32,000 bases of DNA from Faecalibaculum rodentium (GCF_001564455.1 NZ_CP011391.1:1230001-1262000); one strand, 5' to 3'; shown: positions 1 to 9,028, counted from the stretch's first letter. Notes: generated by a model not told the origin, from the letters alone. Made by a program: numbers and translations.

Positions 1-800
1 GTTGCAATTTCAAACAGATTGGCCAGGGACAGAGCACTGGCGGTGTACTTGGCATTGAAATAGACATAGCACAGCAGACTGCCCACCTTCATGGGGAAGC
101 AGAACCACTCTTCCGGGTCCATGTTCAGGTAAGTCATGGGGTTGACATCTGTTTCCGTGAACATGCCTGTCCGCTTGCTGGATTTCGGGTGAAGGATCAT
201 CGGAGTCCGCAGCATGACGGTATCGATCACCGGAATCTTTGCCAGCGCTTCGTAGCCTTCAGCAAACGGCTCTTCCTGATGATGCACAGAGAAGCAGGCA
301 TTGGTGCCGGCCTGCACCTGACGGTATACCAGATTCGGCCGTCCCTTGAGCTTTTCCTCAAACAGACGGTAGGTTCTCAGAATCAGGTCATTGAGGTGGG
401 AATCCTTGTAAACCAGGGTGTTGATTCCGAAATCCGGCGCGTTGTCGGATGTCATGTATCCGAATCTCTGGAGGCTCCGCCATTCGTGATACGCTTTCTC
501 GATGATATCCAGCATGAGTTCGATGTTTTCCAGATAGGGACTTTCAATTTCGTCCAGCTGGAAGACAGCCAGTTCACGCAGGAAATGAACAACTTTTTTT
601 GCACTTTCCGCGACAGAGTATTTTCCCTGCTGCCGCAGGTAATCGTACATCTCCGGGCTGCTTTCCTTCTGCTGTCCGATAAAGTAGGTCACAAACTTCA
701 GGAACGCCGGAGATGCCAGCAGGGTCTCCCTGTTTTTGGGGTAGGACTGGGAATAGTTCAGAAGAACCTGCCGGTTGCCGATGTGGATGTTTTTGTTCAT
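1..800 (-). CDS. conserved hypothetical protein, partial (first 266 codons; 3' end lies beyond the left window edge)
   Basis: My own minus-strand translation starts at ATG 800-798, which is preceded by AAGGAAGGAG about 7 nt upstream. The frame stays open to position 3 (MNKNIHIGNRQVLLNYSQSYPKNRETLL...FNAKYTASALSLANLFEIA). It is missing from the ORF track, presumably because no stop lies in the window. The listed + ORF 189..881 is its codon-aligned antisense shadow. I recognise no family. Confidence 0.65.
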   Translation of the reverse strand, partial: MNKNIHIGNRQVLLNYSQSYPKNRETLLASPAFLKFVTYFIGQQKESSPEMYDYLRQQGKYSVAESAKKVVHFLRELAVFQLDEIESPYLENIELMLDIIEKAYHEWRSLQRFGYMTSDNAPDFGINTLVYKDSHLNDLILRTYRLFEEKLKGRPNLVYRQVQAGTNACFSVHHQEEPFAEGYEALAKIPVIDTVMLRTPMILHPKSSKRTGMFTETDVNPMTYLNMDPEEWFCFPMKVGSLLCYVYFNAKYTASALSLANLFEIA

Positions 801-914
801 GGGAATGCTCCTTCCTTGGATTGTCTAAGCCAGCCTCCGGCTCAAAGAGACTGGAGTTGTCTGAAACAAACTATACTCTAGCATATGAACAGGTGTATTT
901 CAACGAAATACATA

Positions 915-2606
915 TCAGCCAATCAGGCTCAATATGCGTTCTTTGACCATATCCACGGGGATTTCTTCCCTGACACCGCTTTCACGCTCGGTCCATTCGA
1001 CCATGCCGCTGTCGATGCCTCTGCCGACTGTGACACGGTATGGAATGCCTATGAGTTCCATGTCCTTGAATTTGACACCCGCACGCTCCGGACGGTCATC
1101 CAGGACCACCTGCACACCGGCAGCTTTCAGGTCTTCATACAGCTTCAGCGCAGCCTTTGCCTGAGTCTCGTTTTTCATGGAAACAGGCACTATGGCAATC
1201 TGGAAAGGGGCAATTTCCAGGGGCCAGATAAGACCCGCTTCATCATGATGCTGGTCGGCGACTGCCGCCATGCAGCGTTCCAGCCCGATACCGTAGCTGC
1301 CCATCCAGACAGGCTGCAGCTGGTTGTTCTCGTCCAGATACTTCAGATCCATGCTTTCCGCATACTTGGTTCCGAGCTTGAACAGGTTTCCCACTTCGAT
1401 GCCGTGCTCGAATGCCAGCGGTTCTCCACAGTTCGGGCAGATGTCCCCTTCTCTGACCTGTGAAATATCCGCAACTTTCCAGGGTTCGAAGTCAGTAACA
1501 TTCACATTCAGGAAATGGTGATCCGTCTCGTTGGCGCCGACGATGAAGTTTTTCTTTTTCAGCACCTGACGGTCCAGGATCACGGGAATATCCAGTCCGA
1601 CAGGCCCGGCAAACCCGACAGCCGCCTTCGTAGCTTCCTGCACCTGTTCTGGTGTCGCCAGAGTGAGTTCCAGTGCCCCCAGCAGCTTGCCTGCCTTGGT
1701 TTCATTCAGTTCGCGGTCCCCGGGCAGACAGAAGGCATAAAGCTTGCCGTCGGCATCATAGATCAGCGTTTTGACAAAATCAGACGGCTCCCGTTCCAGG
1801 AATGCCGAAATTTCCTCGATGGTACCGGCATTGGGCGTATGGCGCTTTTCCATCTCCAGGGGGTCGGATGCATCCATTGCAGCTGTGTCCGGCACCTCGG
1901 TGATTTCCAGGTTAGAACTGAAGCCGCAGGACGGACAGTGGACCACCGTGTCCTCGCCAATGGAAGACAGCGCCTGGTATTCTTCGGACAGCAGTCCGCC
2001 CATGACACCTGTGTCAGCCTTGACGATGCGGTAATCCAGACCCAGGCGGTCAAAAATGCGGCAGTAGGCGTCATACATTTTCGCATAGCCGGCATCCAGT
2101 CCCTCCTGGTTGATGTCAAAGGTATAGGCGTCCTTCATGATGAATTCACGGACCCGGATCAGGCCGAACCGCGGTCTGGGTTCGTCCCGGTATTTGTGCT
2201 GGATCTGGTACAGGTTGTAGGGAAAGTCCTTGTAGCTGCGCCCATCCATGGCTGCAGCCACCGTGAACAGTTCTTCATGGGTCGGTCCCAGGGAGTAGGA
2301 TTTGCCATACCGGTCTTTCAGGGTGAACATGTTGTCCCCGAAGGCTTCCCGGCGGCCGGACTTGATATAGACTTCTTCCGGGATAATGGCCGGCATCAGA
2401 AGTTCCTGGGCACCTTTGGCATCCATTTCCTCGCGGACGATTTCCTCGATGTTTTTCAGGACCTTCTTGCCCATGGGCATGATCATGTAAATGCCGTTGG
2501 AGACCTTTTTGATCATTCCAGCCCGGACCAGCAGATTGCTGGAGATGCTGTCTTCATCACGGGCATTCTCCCGCAGCGTATAAAAAAAGCTTTCACTCAG
2601 TTTCAT
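915..2606 (-). CDS. proS: proline--tRNA ligase (bacterial-type ProRS, 563 aa)
   Basis: The ORF 915..2840 product is a typical bacterial ProRS with an editing insertion. I trimmed the start to ATG 2606-2604 (MKLSESFFYTLRENARDEDSISSNLLVRAGMIKK...). The 78 upstream codons span the neighbouring gene's terminator and a promoter and are low-complexity (QSGQSGQS). Confidence 0.95.
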   Translation of the reverse strand: MKLSESFFYTLRENARDEDSISSNLLVRAGMIKKVSNGIYMIMPMGKKVLKNIEEIVREEMDAKGAQELLMPAIIPEEVYIKSGRREAFGDNMFTLKDRYGKSYSLGPTHEELFTVAAAMDGRSYKDFPYNLYQIQHKYRDEPRPRFGLIRVREFIMKDAYTFDINQEGLDAGYAKMYDAYCRIFDRLGLDYRIVKADTGVMGGLLSEEYQALSSIGEDTVVHCPSCGFSSNLEITEVPDTAAMDASDPLEMEKRHTPNAGTIEEISAFLEREPSDFVKTLIYDADGKLYAFCLPGDRELNETKAGKLLGALELTLATPEQVQEATKAAVGFAGPVGLDIPVILDRQVLKKKNFIVGANETDHHFLNVNVTDFEPWKVADISQVREGDICPNCGEPLAFEHGIEVGNLFKLGTKYAESMDLKYLDENNQLQPVWMGSYGIGLERCMAAVADQHHDEAGLIWPLEIAPFQIAIVPVSMKNETQAKAALKLYEDLKAAGVQVVLDDRPERAGVKFKDMELIGIPYRVTVGRGIDSGMVEWTERESGVREEIPVDMVKERILSLIG

Positions 2607-2633
2607 GGCAGATTTCTCACTTTCGTATCCAAA

Positions 2634-2662
2634 ATTATATCGCAGGTTCCCTTGCTGTGTCA
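2634..2662 (-). promoter_or_regulatory. putative sigma-A promoter of proS (TGACAC-17 nt-TATAAT)
   Basis: On the minus strand, TGACAC lies at 2662-2657 and TATAAT at 2639-2634, with a 17-nt spacer, about 28 nt upstream of the proS ATG. Confidence 0.5.
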
Positions 2663-2821
2663 TCCGGTCATTTTCAGACAGACTGGCCCTGACCGTCTGT
2701 CTCTCCGACTGCCCTGACTGACCTGACTGCTCCCTGCCTGCAAGCCTGTGTGCCATTCGGTCACATCCGGAGCGCAGCAGGCTTGCATCACGCCGGTCAC
2801 TGTGACTGACCTTTACGACCT

Positions 2822-2854
2822 CAAGAGAAAAAACAGGCATCAGACTGCCTGTTT
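2822..2854 (-). terminator. rho-independent terminator after the U32 peptidase operon
   Basis: The minus-strand RNA reads AAACAGGCA-gtctga-TGCCTGTTT followed by TTTCTCTT. The 9-bp stem overlaps the TGA stop at 2840-2842. Confidence 0.7.
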
Positions 2855-4060
2855 CTTCATGGTCTTCCGGATCATGGCTCCTGTCTGCACCGGACCATCC
2901 CAGCGGGCTTTCACCACCTGCATGGGCCGGTTCAGGATCAGCGGCTTCTGTCCGTCTTCATCCATCACTTCCTCGAGTCGAATGATCTGCGGCAGGATAT
3001 CCGGGCCAAAAATCTCCAGTTCCTGTGCCGGGTCTAGGCGGTTCCGGATCTGGATCTGGATCCAGCCGTTTTCATCCCGTTCACTCAGTACGAGGGCTGT
3101 GAATTCCTGCGTCACCAGTTCTGCGTGTTCCCGGTACAGCTGCATTTCAGCGCCCGGAAGGCCTTCCAGGAAACCCGGACCTGTCGGCCGGTTTTCCGCT
3201 TTGTCCAGTTCTTTCTCCAGCTGGTGGAAGAATGATTCTGTGAGTTCCTGTCCTGATTCCACTGCATCGATCAGCCGCCGGTATGTGCTGACCACTGTGG
3301 CCAGGTAATAGGCGGATTTCATGCGGCCTTCGATTTTCAGGGAAGCCACACCTGCCTCGATCATGGCCGGGATCTGCCGGATTCCCCTCAGATCCTTGCT
3401 GGACATCGAGAACGGCTTGTTAGGGTCGCTCAGCTGCACATCCGAGCCATCAAACGGAAATACATGATATTTCCAGCGGCAGGACTGCGCACAACCGCCG
3501 CGGTTTGCATCCCGGTTCGTCAGGTGGTTGCTCAAAACACAGCGGCCGGAATAGGACACACACATGCCACCGTGAATGAAGGCTTCCGTCTCAGTCTGTG
3601 CCCGCTGGCAGATCTGGCGGATTTCCTCCATGGTGCATTCCCGTCCAAGAACCACCCGGTCCATTCCCTGCCTGGCCCAGAAATTGACTGTGGAAGAGTT
3701 GACTGACGAATGCTGCGTGGAGACATGCCGTTCAAAGCGGCAGCCCAGTTCCTTCGCCCGCAAAAGGATCCATGGACTGGCAGCGATAATTGCATCCACT
3801 CCGGCATCATCCAGATTGCGCAGCCATTCATCCAGACCTGCCAGGTCTTCTTCATGGGGGATCATGTTGACTGTCACATGCACCTTTGCATTGCGGCTGT
3901 GGGCATACGTCACCAGTTCCCGAATGTCCTCCAGCGTGAAATTGGAGGCTCTGGAGCGCAGGGAGAAAGCCTGTCCGCCAATGTATACTGCATCGGCTCC
4001 GTAGTCAATGGCGGTTTTGGCTTTTTCCAGATTACCGGCCGGGGCAAGAAGTTCAATCAC
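2840..4060 (-). CDS. peptidase U32 family protein (YrrO/TrhP-like, 406 aa)
   Basis: The N-terminus MIELLAPAGNLEKAKTAIDYGADAVYIGG... and the SGRCVLSNH...CAQSCRW region are typical of the U32 family. The GTG start at 4060 has AAGGAGG 7 nt upstream and overlaps the upstream stop (GTGA). Confidence 0.9.
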   Translation of the reverse strand: MIELLAPAGNLEKAKTAIDYGADAVYIGGQAFSLRSRASNFTLEDIRELVTYAHSRNAKVHVTVNMIPHEEDLAGLDEWLRNLDDAGVDAIIAASPWILLRAKELGCRFERHVSTQHSSVNSSTVNFWARQGMDRVVLGRECTMEEIRQICQRAQTETEAFIHGGMCVSYSGRCVLSNHLTNRDANRGGCAQSCRWKYHVFPFDGSDVQLSDPNKPFSMSSKDLRGIRQIPAMIEAGVASLKIEGRMKSAYYLATVVSTYRRLIDAVESGQELTESFFHQLEKELDKAENRPTGPGFLEGLPGAEMQLYREHAELVTQEFTALVLSERDENGWIQIQIRNRLDPAQELEIFGPDILPQIIRLEEVMDEDGQKPLILNRPMQVVKARWDGPVQTGAMIRKTMKKQAV

Positions 4061-4965
4061 TGTGTTTCCTCCTTGGTCTTGACACTCTGCTGTCTCCAGG
4101 TTCGGTCACTGCCTGGAAGCTGCATGCCAGCCACGCCGCCATCGATCACCGCCTGATAGGCAGTCAGGGCAGCGTTACGGTCGGAAGGCTCCAGAAACCG
4201 GGTATCGATGCGCAGACGGTCGATCCCGGCATGCAGCAGAGCCGGCAGCTGCCCGAGGGACTGGACTGGTTCGGGAGAAAACAGAACGGTGCCGCTTTCC
4301 TGCTCCAGGACCGGAATCCGGTTCGGCCGTGTCGTTTCCTGCAGACTGAACTGCCCTTCCCCGATCACCGAGCTGCCAATGGTCCGCCCATAGGCTGTCA
4401 GCAGTTTCCGGCGGGAGGAGAGTACAGGATAATAGCCATGGATCTGCACTTCCAGTCCATCTGTCCTTCCGGCAATCGCAAGGACTTCTTCCAGAGACAG
4501 TTCATGGGCCAGGGAGACCACATCCGCTCCCATCGATTTCACGGCCTGAACATCGGCACTGCTGCAGATCAGGGTGTCCGGCTGGAAGATCATCAGGCCG
4601 TCATACCCTGTCTTCCGAGCAGCCATGAGGACAGCCTCATCTCCATAGTAGAGCCCGTCGGCATCATGCAGAGAGAGAAGCAACTGTTCCAGCGCATCCA
4701 GATCTTCTTCCATCACAAAACCGGGGAGAAGTGCGTAGAGCTTTCGTCCTTCCTCGATGGTCCGTAAACGAAGCTTGCGCCAGTCCTCCACGGTGAATGC
4801 CTGTGGAAATCCTGCGGCGAAGGGCTCCACTGGTACAGCCAGACTGCCATGAACCGGTATGGGATCTCCGGGATTCAGTGTGACAATCAGCTCCGGTTTC
4901 CTTTCTGACTTCCCGAAAGCATTTGACGGAACACCCTGGCTGTCCATGCTTCTGCTTTTTTCCAT
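4057..4965 (-). CDS. peptidase U32 family protein (YrrN-like partner, ~302 aa)
   Basis: This U32-like sequence (..EVQIHGYYPVLSSRRKLL..) is paired with the downstream U32 gene, as in Bacillus yrrN-yrrO. I chose the ATG at 4965-4963, which overlaps the DegV stop (TGATG). An alternative ATG at 4989 has GGGAGG 12 nt upstream. The ORF-track start at 5034 lies inside degV. Confidence 0.8.
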   Translation of the reverse strand: MEKSRSMDSQGVPSNAFGKSERKPELIVTLNPGDPIPVHGSLAVPVEPFAAGFPQAFTVEDWRKLRLRTIEEGRKLYALLPGFVMEEDLDALEQLLLSLHDADGLYYGDEAVLMAARKTGYDGLMIFQPDTLICSSADVQAVKSMGADVVSLAHELSLEEVLAIAGRTDGLEVQIHGYYPVLSSRRKLLTAYGRTIGSSVIGEGQFSLQETTRPNRIPVLEQESGTVLFSPEPVQSLGQLPALLHAGIDRLRIDTRFLEPSDRNAALTAYQAVIDGGVAGMQLPGSDRTWRQQSVKTKEETQ

Positions 4966-5798
4966 CAGTCTGTTTTCTTCTCGAACCATGCCGCTGCAAT
5001 GCCTCCCGGACCAGTGTGTGTACCAATGGCACATCCCACATTGATCTCCTGCACTGCATGTCCCTGCAGAAGGTCCTGGTTTTCTACCAGATATGCCTGC
5101 AGCAGCGCATCGTCAGTACCGGTATATCCAAGGGCCAGCGGCTTGTCGAAATCGATTCCGGAAGCTGAAATGGCTTCCGTCAGGTACGCTCTCCCCTTTT
5201 TGACACCACGCGCTTTGCCCTTGACCACAGCTTCCCCGTTTTCCACGGCAATGACCGGCTTGATCTTCAGAAGAGCGCCTGCCATAGCCGCCACACTGGA
5301 CACCCGCCCTCCCTTCTGCAGATACTCCAGGGTATCCAGCAGCGCCAGCAGGCGAATCTGTTTCTTTTCCTGCTCCAGAAGTTTATACGCTTCTTCCAGC
5401 GACAGTCCCGCATCCCGGAGTTCCATGGCTCTCTGCACGAGAATCATCTCGCCGATGGTGACAGTCTCGCTGTCCAGAACCTTCACTCCATGGTCAATCA
5501 TGGAGGCGGCCAGACAGGCACTCTGGTACGTGCCCGAGAGCTTTGAGGAAAGACAGATCACCAGGACATCCTTGCCGGACTCCTGCACCGCCTGGATGGC
5601 CTCTTCATAGACACCGGGAGCGATCTGACTGGTTTTGGGCAGCGTGCTGCTATCTTCCAGACGCCGATAGAAGTCGTGACGGCTCAGGGTGACGCCGTCG
5701 AGGTATTCCTTGTCATCGATGGTGATGTTCAAAGGCAGGACGGTCAGTCCCGCTGCACTTTCCAGGTCGCACCCGGAATCCACGACAATATCAAACAT
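4965..5798 (-). CDS. DegV family fatty-acid-binding protein (277 aa)
   Basis: The N-terminus MFDIVVDSGCDL... and overall pattern fit the DegV family. GGAAGGAG lies 6 nt upstream of ATG 5798. The 8-nt overlap with the HAD gene's stop suggests translational coupling. Confidence 0.93.
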   Translation of the reverse strand: MFDIVVDSGCDLESAAGLTVLPLNITIDDKEYLDGVTLSRHDFYRRLEDSSTLPKTSQIAPGVYEEAIQAVQESGKDVLVICLSSKLSGTYQSACLAASMIDHGVKVLDSETVTIGEMILVQRAMELRDAGLSLEEAYKLLEQEKKQIRLLALLDTLEYLQKGGRVSSVAAMAGALLKIKPVIAVENGEAVVKGKARGVKKGRAYLTEAISASGIDFDKPLALGYTGTDDALLQAYLVENQDLLQGHAVQEINVGCAIGTHTGPGGIAAAWFEKKTD

Positions 5799-6471
5799 TG
5801 TATTCTCCTTCCAGCTGACGCAGCAGGGCTGTCAGCTCACTTTCATCATGCGCGATGTAATCTGCTGCAGGCCCGGATCCCTGATGCCTGCGATCGAAAT
5901 GAATCGTATGCCAGCCCAGCGCTTTGGCTCCCTCCATATCGTTGTGGTAGTTGTCTCCTATATACCAGAAATCTGAAGGATCCGCGGTCACAGCCTGGAA
6001 TGCGCGGGGGTCCGGTTTCGCAAACCCGATCTGTCCGCTGGTAAAGGTATGACTCTCCGGGAAGAACCGGTCTGTCTTCAGGGCGCTGAATTTCCTTCTC
6101 TGATGGACATCCGGGCCATTGGAGAGAATCCAGAGACCGGACCGCGTATCGGCAAGCCATTCCTCCAGCTCCGGCGCCATGCGGATTTCCGTCTGAGCCC
6201 GCCGATAGGCCGCCTGAAAGGCCTCGGCCTGTGCCAGTGTGACTGGCTGACCCCACCATTCACAGGCTTTCCGTATCCTCAGCACACCGGACTGATCCAC
6301 TGTCAGTGTTCCATCCTGCACCTGGTCGAAAATCTCCTCCGAAAATGCGCGGGTCTGTGTATAAAAGGCTTCCGGATCTGCCTGCAGCCCCGGCAGGACC
6401 TCTGCTCTTGCCTGGTCAAAGGGACTGCGCATATCGTAGAGCGTATCATCACAGTCAAAGCAGAAGTTCAT
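5791..6471 (-). CDS. HAD-superfamily hydrolase (226 aa)
   Basis: It carries the DxDxT nucleophile motif (FDCDDTLYD) and a later GDN..ND motif. GAAGGGGGA lies 6 nt upstream of the start. The start forms an ATGA overlap with the upstream ORF's stop. Confidence 0.9.
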   Translation of the reverse strand: MNFCFDCDDTLYDMRSPFDQARAEVLPGLQADPEAFYTQTRAFSEEIFDQVQDGTLTVDQSGVLRIRKACEWWGQPVTLAQAEAFQAAYRRAQTEIRMAPELEEWLADTRSGLWILSNGPDVHQRRKFSALKTDRFFPESHTFTSGQIGFAKPDPRAFQAVTADPSDFWYIGDNYHNDMEGAKALGWHTIHFDRRHQGSGPAADYIAHDESELTALLRQLEGEYNV

Positions 6472-6803
6472 GACTGGTCCCCCTTCCCGGCTGGCGAACG
6501 TGGCTGATCCGCAGGGGGTGTCAGCGGTTCAGGCAGGTCATCCCGGCCGGGGCCCTCTGTCAGGAGTTCCTGGCGGGAAGCAGCGGCCGGATTCACGAAA
6601 TCCTCCTTTGTACCAAACAGTACATAGATGTTCCTGGAGGACAGCTGCAGCTCCATCAGCTCCTGCATCAGCTGCGGATCGGCCGGGGTCTCTTCGTGAA
6701 TGACAGCCAGAAGAAGCGGTTCATCCGGCTCGCACTTTGTGAGCGAAGCAAGCGTCTGCCTGGCTTCAGGCAGGTTTCCTGGAAATATTGTTCTCGTTTT
6801 CAC
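6468..6803 (-). CDS. small hypothetical protein (~111 aa, Pro-rich acidic C-terminus); start uncertain
   Basis: The frame is open from 7064. I took GTG 6803-6801 as the start because upstream codons overlap the divergent gene and its promoter. The ATGA stop/start overlap with the HAD gene argues that it is translated. There is no ATG with an SD, and I recognise no family. Confidence 0.45.
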   Translation of the reverse strand: MKTRTIFPGNLPEARQTLASLTKCEPDEPLLLAVIHEETPADPQLMQELMELQLSSRNIYVLFGTKEDFVNPAAASRQELLTEGPGRDDLPEPLTPPADQPRSPAGKGDQS

Positions 6804-6810
6804 GCTCCCG

Positions 6811-6819
6811 ATTATACCA
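6811..6819 (-). promoter_or_regulatory. extended -10 element (TGgTATAAT) for the minus-strand operon
   Basis: The reverse complement of 6811-6819 is TGGTATAAT. It ends 7 nt upstream of the GTG at 6803. Confidence 0.4.
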
Positions 6820-6870
6820 CGCCCGCTTCTCTGTGCTCTTTGTATTTCAGCGGGTGCAGAATACCGGCTC

Positions 6871-6879
6871 TGATACAAT
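6871..6879 (+). promoter_or_regulatory. extended -10 element (TGaTACAAT) for the membrane-protein gene
   Basis: TGATACAAT lies at 6871-6879. The ATG at 6886 follows after only 6 nt, with no SD between them. Confidence 0.4.
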
Positions 6880-6885
6880 GAACTC

Positions 6886-8163
6886 ATGAAAAGAATACAG
6901 ATCATTGAATTCAGTGCGGCGGTCCTGTTTCTGGTATGTGGAACCGGCCTTCTGATCTGGCCGCGGCTGTCTGGACAGCTGCTGTACTGGATCATGACTG
7001 CCCTGCTTGCAGTCACATTCATTGTCCTGATCATCCGCAGATTCACCTCAGGCAGCCGCATCAACTATATTCTGGCTGCTGCTGCAGCGGCGCTCCTGGT
7101 TCTGGTTGCTTCCATGCCAGGGGTGCTGGCCAGTGTTGCCTTTGGCATCTACATGCTGTTCTGTGCAGTGTCCTACTTTCTCCAGGCCTATGCCGATGGA
7201 CTCTCCAACTGGAAGAATCCCTCCAATCTTCTCTTCGGATTCGGCTATCTGGTCCTGGCACTGATTCTGTTTCTCGCCAGACACGATGACAGCCGGCTGC
7301 TGCAGATTGTGATCGGATGGTATCTTGTCTTCCAGGGGCTCGAACTGCTGGTGATCCACGTCACTGCCAGACATCACAGACCGCTGGGGGTCAGCGTCAT
7401 GAACCATATGACGTCCCTGCCCGTTGCCTTTGTCACATTTTTGCCATTCATGGTGCTCGAACTCATGGAAAAACATGTCAAAACAGATGGCAGCATCTCC
7501 TACAACCGTCAAAAAAGCGAAGAGGCACCGGACCTGATCGTCTACATCCACACCGGCAAGGAAGGCGTGCACGCTGTGGGACACATGACATTCTGCTTTG
7601 AAGGTCGCATGTACTCCTACGGCAACTATGCCAAGCGGGAGGAGAAACTGGCGGGTACCCTGGGCAAGGCTGTGTTTTTCACCGTGGCTCCCGAGGTCTA
7701 TATCAATAACTCCTGCATTTATGAAGGCAGCACACTCTATGGATTCGGGCTGAAGCTGACGGGTGAACAGGCAGAAAATCTGCACCAAACCCTCGAGGAA
7801 CTGACTGCCGGCATGGCTCTCTGGAAATGCCCGCTCCAGCAGGACTCTGATGGATGGCAGAAACCCGAAGAATACATGAAAGACTACGCCAGCCGGCTGT
7901 TCTGGAGAACCGGGTGCAAATTCCGGCAGTTCACGCATGGTCCCTGGCAGACGTACTGGGTCATGGGCACAAACTGTTCCCTGTTTGCAGAAACGGTCCT
8001 GACAGCCGCAGGCTGTGACATACCCCGAAAAAAAGGAATCGTTTCCCCCGGCGAGTATTTCCAGTATTTCCAGGAGTTGTTTGCCGATCCGGACAGTCAG
8101 GTGATCAGCCGGACCTGGCATACGGCCGATGTGCCTGAGACGCTGTTCAGGACCTGGGCCTGA
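6886..8163 (+). CDS. polytopic membrane protein with C-terminal PPPDE/DeSI-like (peptidase C97, permuted papain fold) domain (425 aa)
   Basis: The N-terminal ~190 aa contain 6-7 hydrophobic helices. The C-terminal half has a His-first motif (VYIHTGKEGVHAVGHMTFCFEGRMYSYGNY) and a Cys motif (TNCSLFAETVLTAAGCDIP). These resemble the PPPDE motifs GIWHTS..EFFFG and [20 protein letters not shown]. Confidence 0.85.
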   Translation: MKRIQIIEFSAAVLFLVCGTGLLIWPRLSGQLLYWIMTALLAVTFIVLIIRRFTSGSRINYILAAAAAALLVLVASMPGVLASVAFGIYMLFCAVSYFLQAYADGLSNWKNPSNLLFGFGYLVLALILFLARHDDSRLLQIVIGWYLVFQGLELLVIHVTARHHRPLGVSVMNHMTSLPVAFVTFLPFMVLELMEKHVKTDGSISYNRQKSEEAPDLIVYIHTGKEGVHAVGHMTFCFEGRMYSYGNYAKREEKLAGTLGKAVFFTVAPEVYINNSCIYEGSTLYGFGLKLTGEQAENLHQTLEELTAGMALWKCPLQQDSDGWQKPEEYMKDYASRLFWRTGCKFRQFTHGPWQTYWVMGTNCSLFAETVLTAAGCDIPRKKGIVSPGEYFQYFQELFADPDSQVISRTWHTADVPETLFRTWA

Positions 8164-8191
8164 TCTGCAAGGCGGCAGACTGCGGAAATGA

Positions 8192-8244
8192 AAAAGACTT
8201 CGGATTCTGAAGCACACCCGATGGGCCGGAATCCGAAGTCTTTT
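8192..8244. terminator. bidirectional terminator between convergent genes
   Basis: It has perfect 16-bp arms, AAAAGACTTCGGATTC (8192-8207) and GAATCCGAAGTCTTTT (8229-8244), with a 21-nt loop. A/T runs lie on both sides. Confidence 0.75.
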
Positions 8245-8293
8245 GCTGTTGCAATGAATGATGAAGATCACTGTCACCTGAACGCCTGGGCGG

Positions 8294-9028
8294 TCACTTC
8301 AGCGTCTCGTAGTCTGCAGGATCCACCGGGTCTTCCCATATGGTCCCTGTCTCGGTCCCCGGCAGTTCCATGGCCAGATGAGAGAACCACGAATCTGGTG
8401 CGGCCCCATGCCAGTGTTTCGCATTCGCCGGAATCACAATGGAATCACCAGGATTCATTTCTATGGGATCCTTGCCCCATTCCTGGTAATAGCCGCGCCC
8501 GCCGACACAGAACAGCAGCTGTCCCCCGCCTTCTGCTGCCTGATGGATGTGCCAGTGATTCCTGCAGCCGGGTTCAAAGGTGACATTCGACAGTCCGCCA
8601 CCCAGCGGGGCCAGCCAGCTCTGTCCGTCAAAATACTGTGCATAGGCATCGTTGGGCTTTCCGATGGGAAACTGGATCGTTTCCTGGTAGTCGGCTTTGG
8701 GATCGTTTTCGGTCCAGATGTCTTTCGCGAGCCGGAATGCAGCCCAGGCTTTGGGCCATCCGGCATAAAAGGCTGCATGCGTAATGAGTTCTGCGATTTC
8801 AGTTCCTGTGACACCGTTGTTTTTCGCGTTCTGCAGATGATGGGCAAAAGAAGTGTCTGTCAGTCCCTGGGCCATCAAAGCCGTTACGGTGATCATGGAA
8901 CGTTGTTTCAGGGACAGTTTGTCTGTTCGGTTCCAGACCTCCCCAAAAAGAATGTCATCATTCAAATGTGCGAATTCCGGTGCAAATTCTCCAAGCTGCT
9001 GCCGCCCGGCTGTCTGTCTGACTGTCAT
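8294..9028 (-). CDS. carboxymuconolactone decarboxylase-family / cupin fusion protein (244 aa)
   Basis: The N-terminal half resembles the CMD family (..FGEVWNRTDKLSLKQRSMITVTALMAQG..HAAFYAGWPKAW..). The C-terminal half is cupin-like (WHIHQAAEGGGQLLFCVGGRGYYQEWG..GDSIVIPANAKHWHGA). AAGGAGGAACAGC lies directly before the ATG. Confidence 0.88.
   Translation of the reverse strand: MTVRQTAGRQQLGEFAPEFAHLNDDILFGEVWNRTDKLSLKQRSMITVTALMAQGLTDTSFAHHLQNAKNNGVTGTEIAELITHAAFYAGWPKAWAAFRLAKDIWTENDPKADYQETIQFPIGKPNDAYAQYFDGQSWLAPLGGGLSNVTFEPGCRNHWHIHQAAEGGGQLLFCVGGRGYYQEWGKDPIEMNPGDSIVIPANAKHWHGAAPDSWFSHLAMELPGTETGTIWEDPVDPADYETLK

Noticed and set aside
2706-2730. There is a short direct repeat, CTGACTG x2 plus a related CGACTGC, which encodes QSGQSGQS in the spurious proS extension.
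   Set aside because: It is too short and has too few copies to call a functional repeat. It lies in spacer DNA between a terminator and a promoter.
2607-2840. I considered a T-box riboswitch leader upstream of proS, in the 233-nt gap that contains hairpins such as GCAAGCCTG...CAGGCTTGC.
   Set aside because: I could not find the conserved T-box sequence (..GGTGGTACCGCG..), a specifier-loop context, or a terminator/antiterminator pair before the ATG. A good TGACAC-17-TATAAT promoter sits only ~28 nt upstream of the start, which leaves no room for a T-box leader. Most of the gap is the upstream operon's terminator plus spacer.
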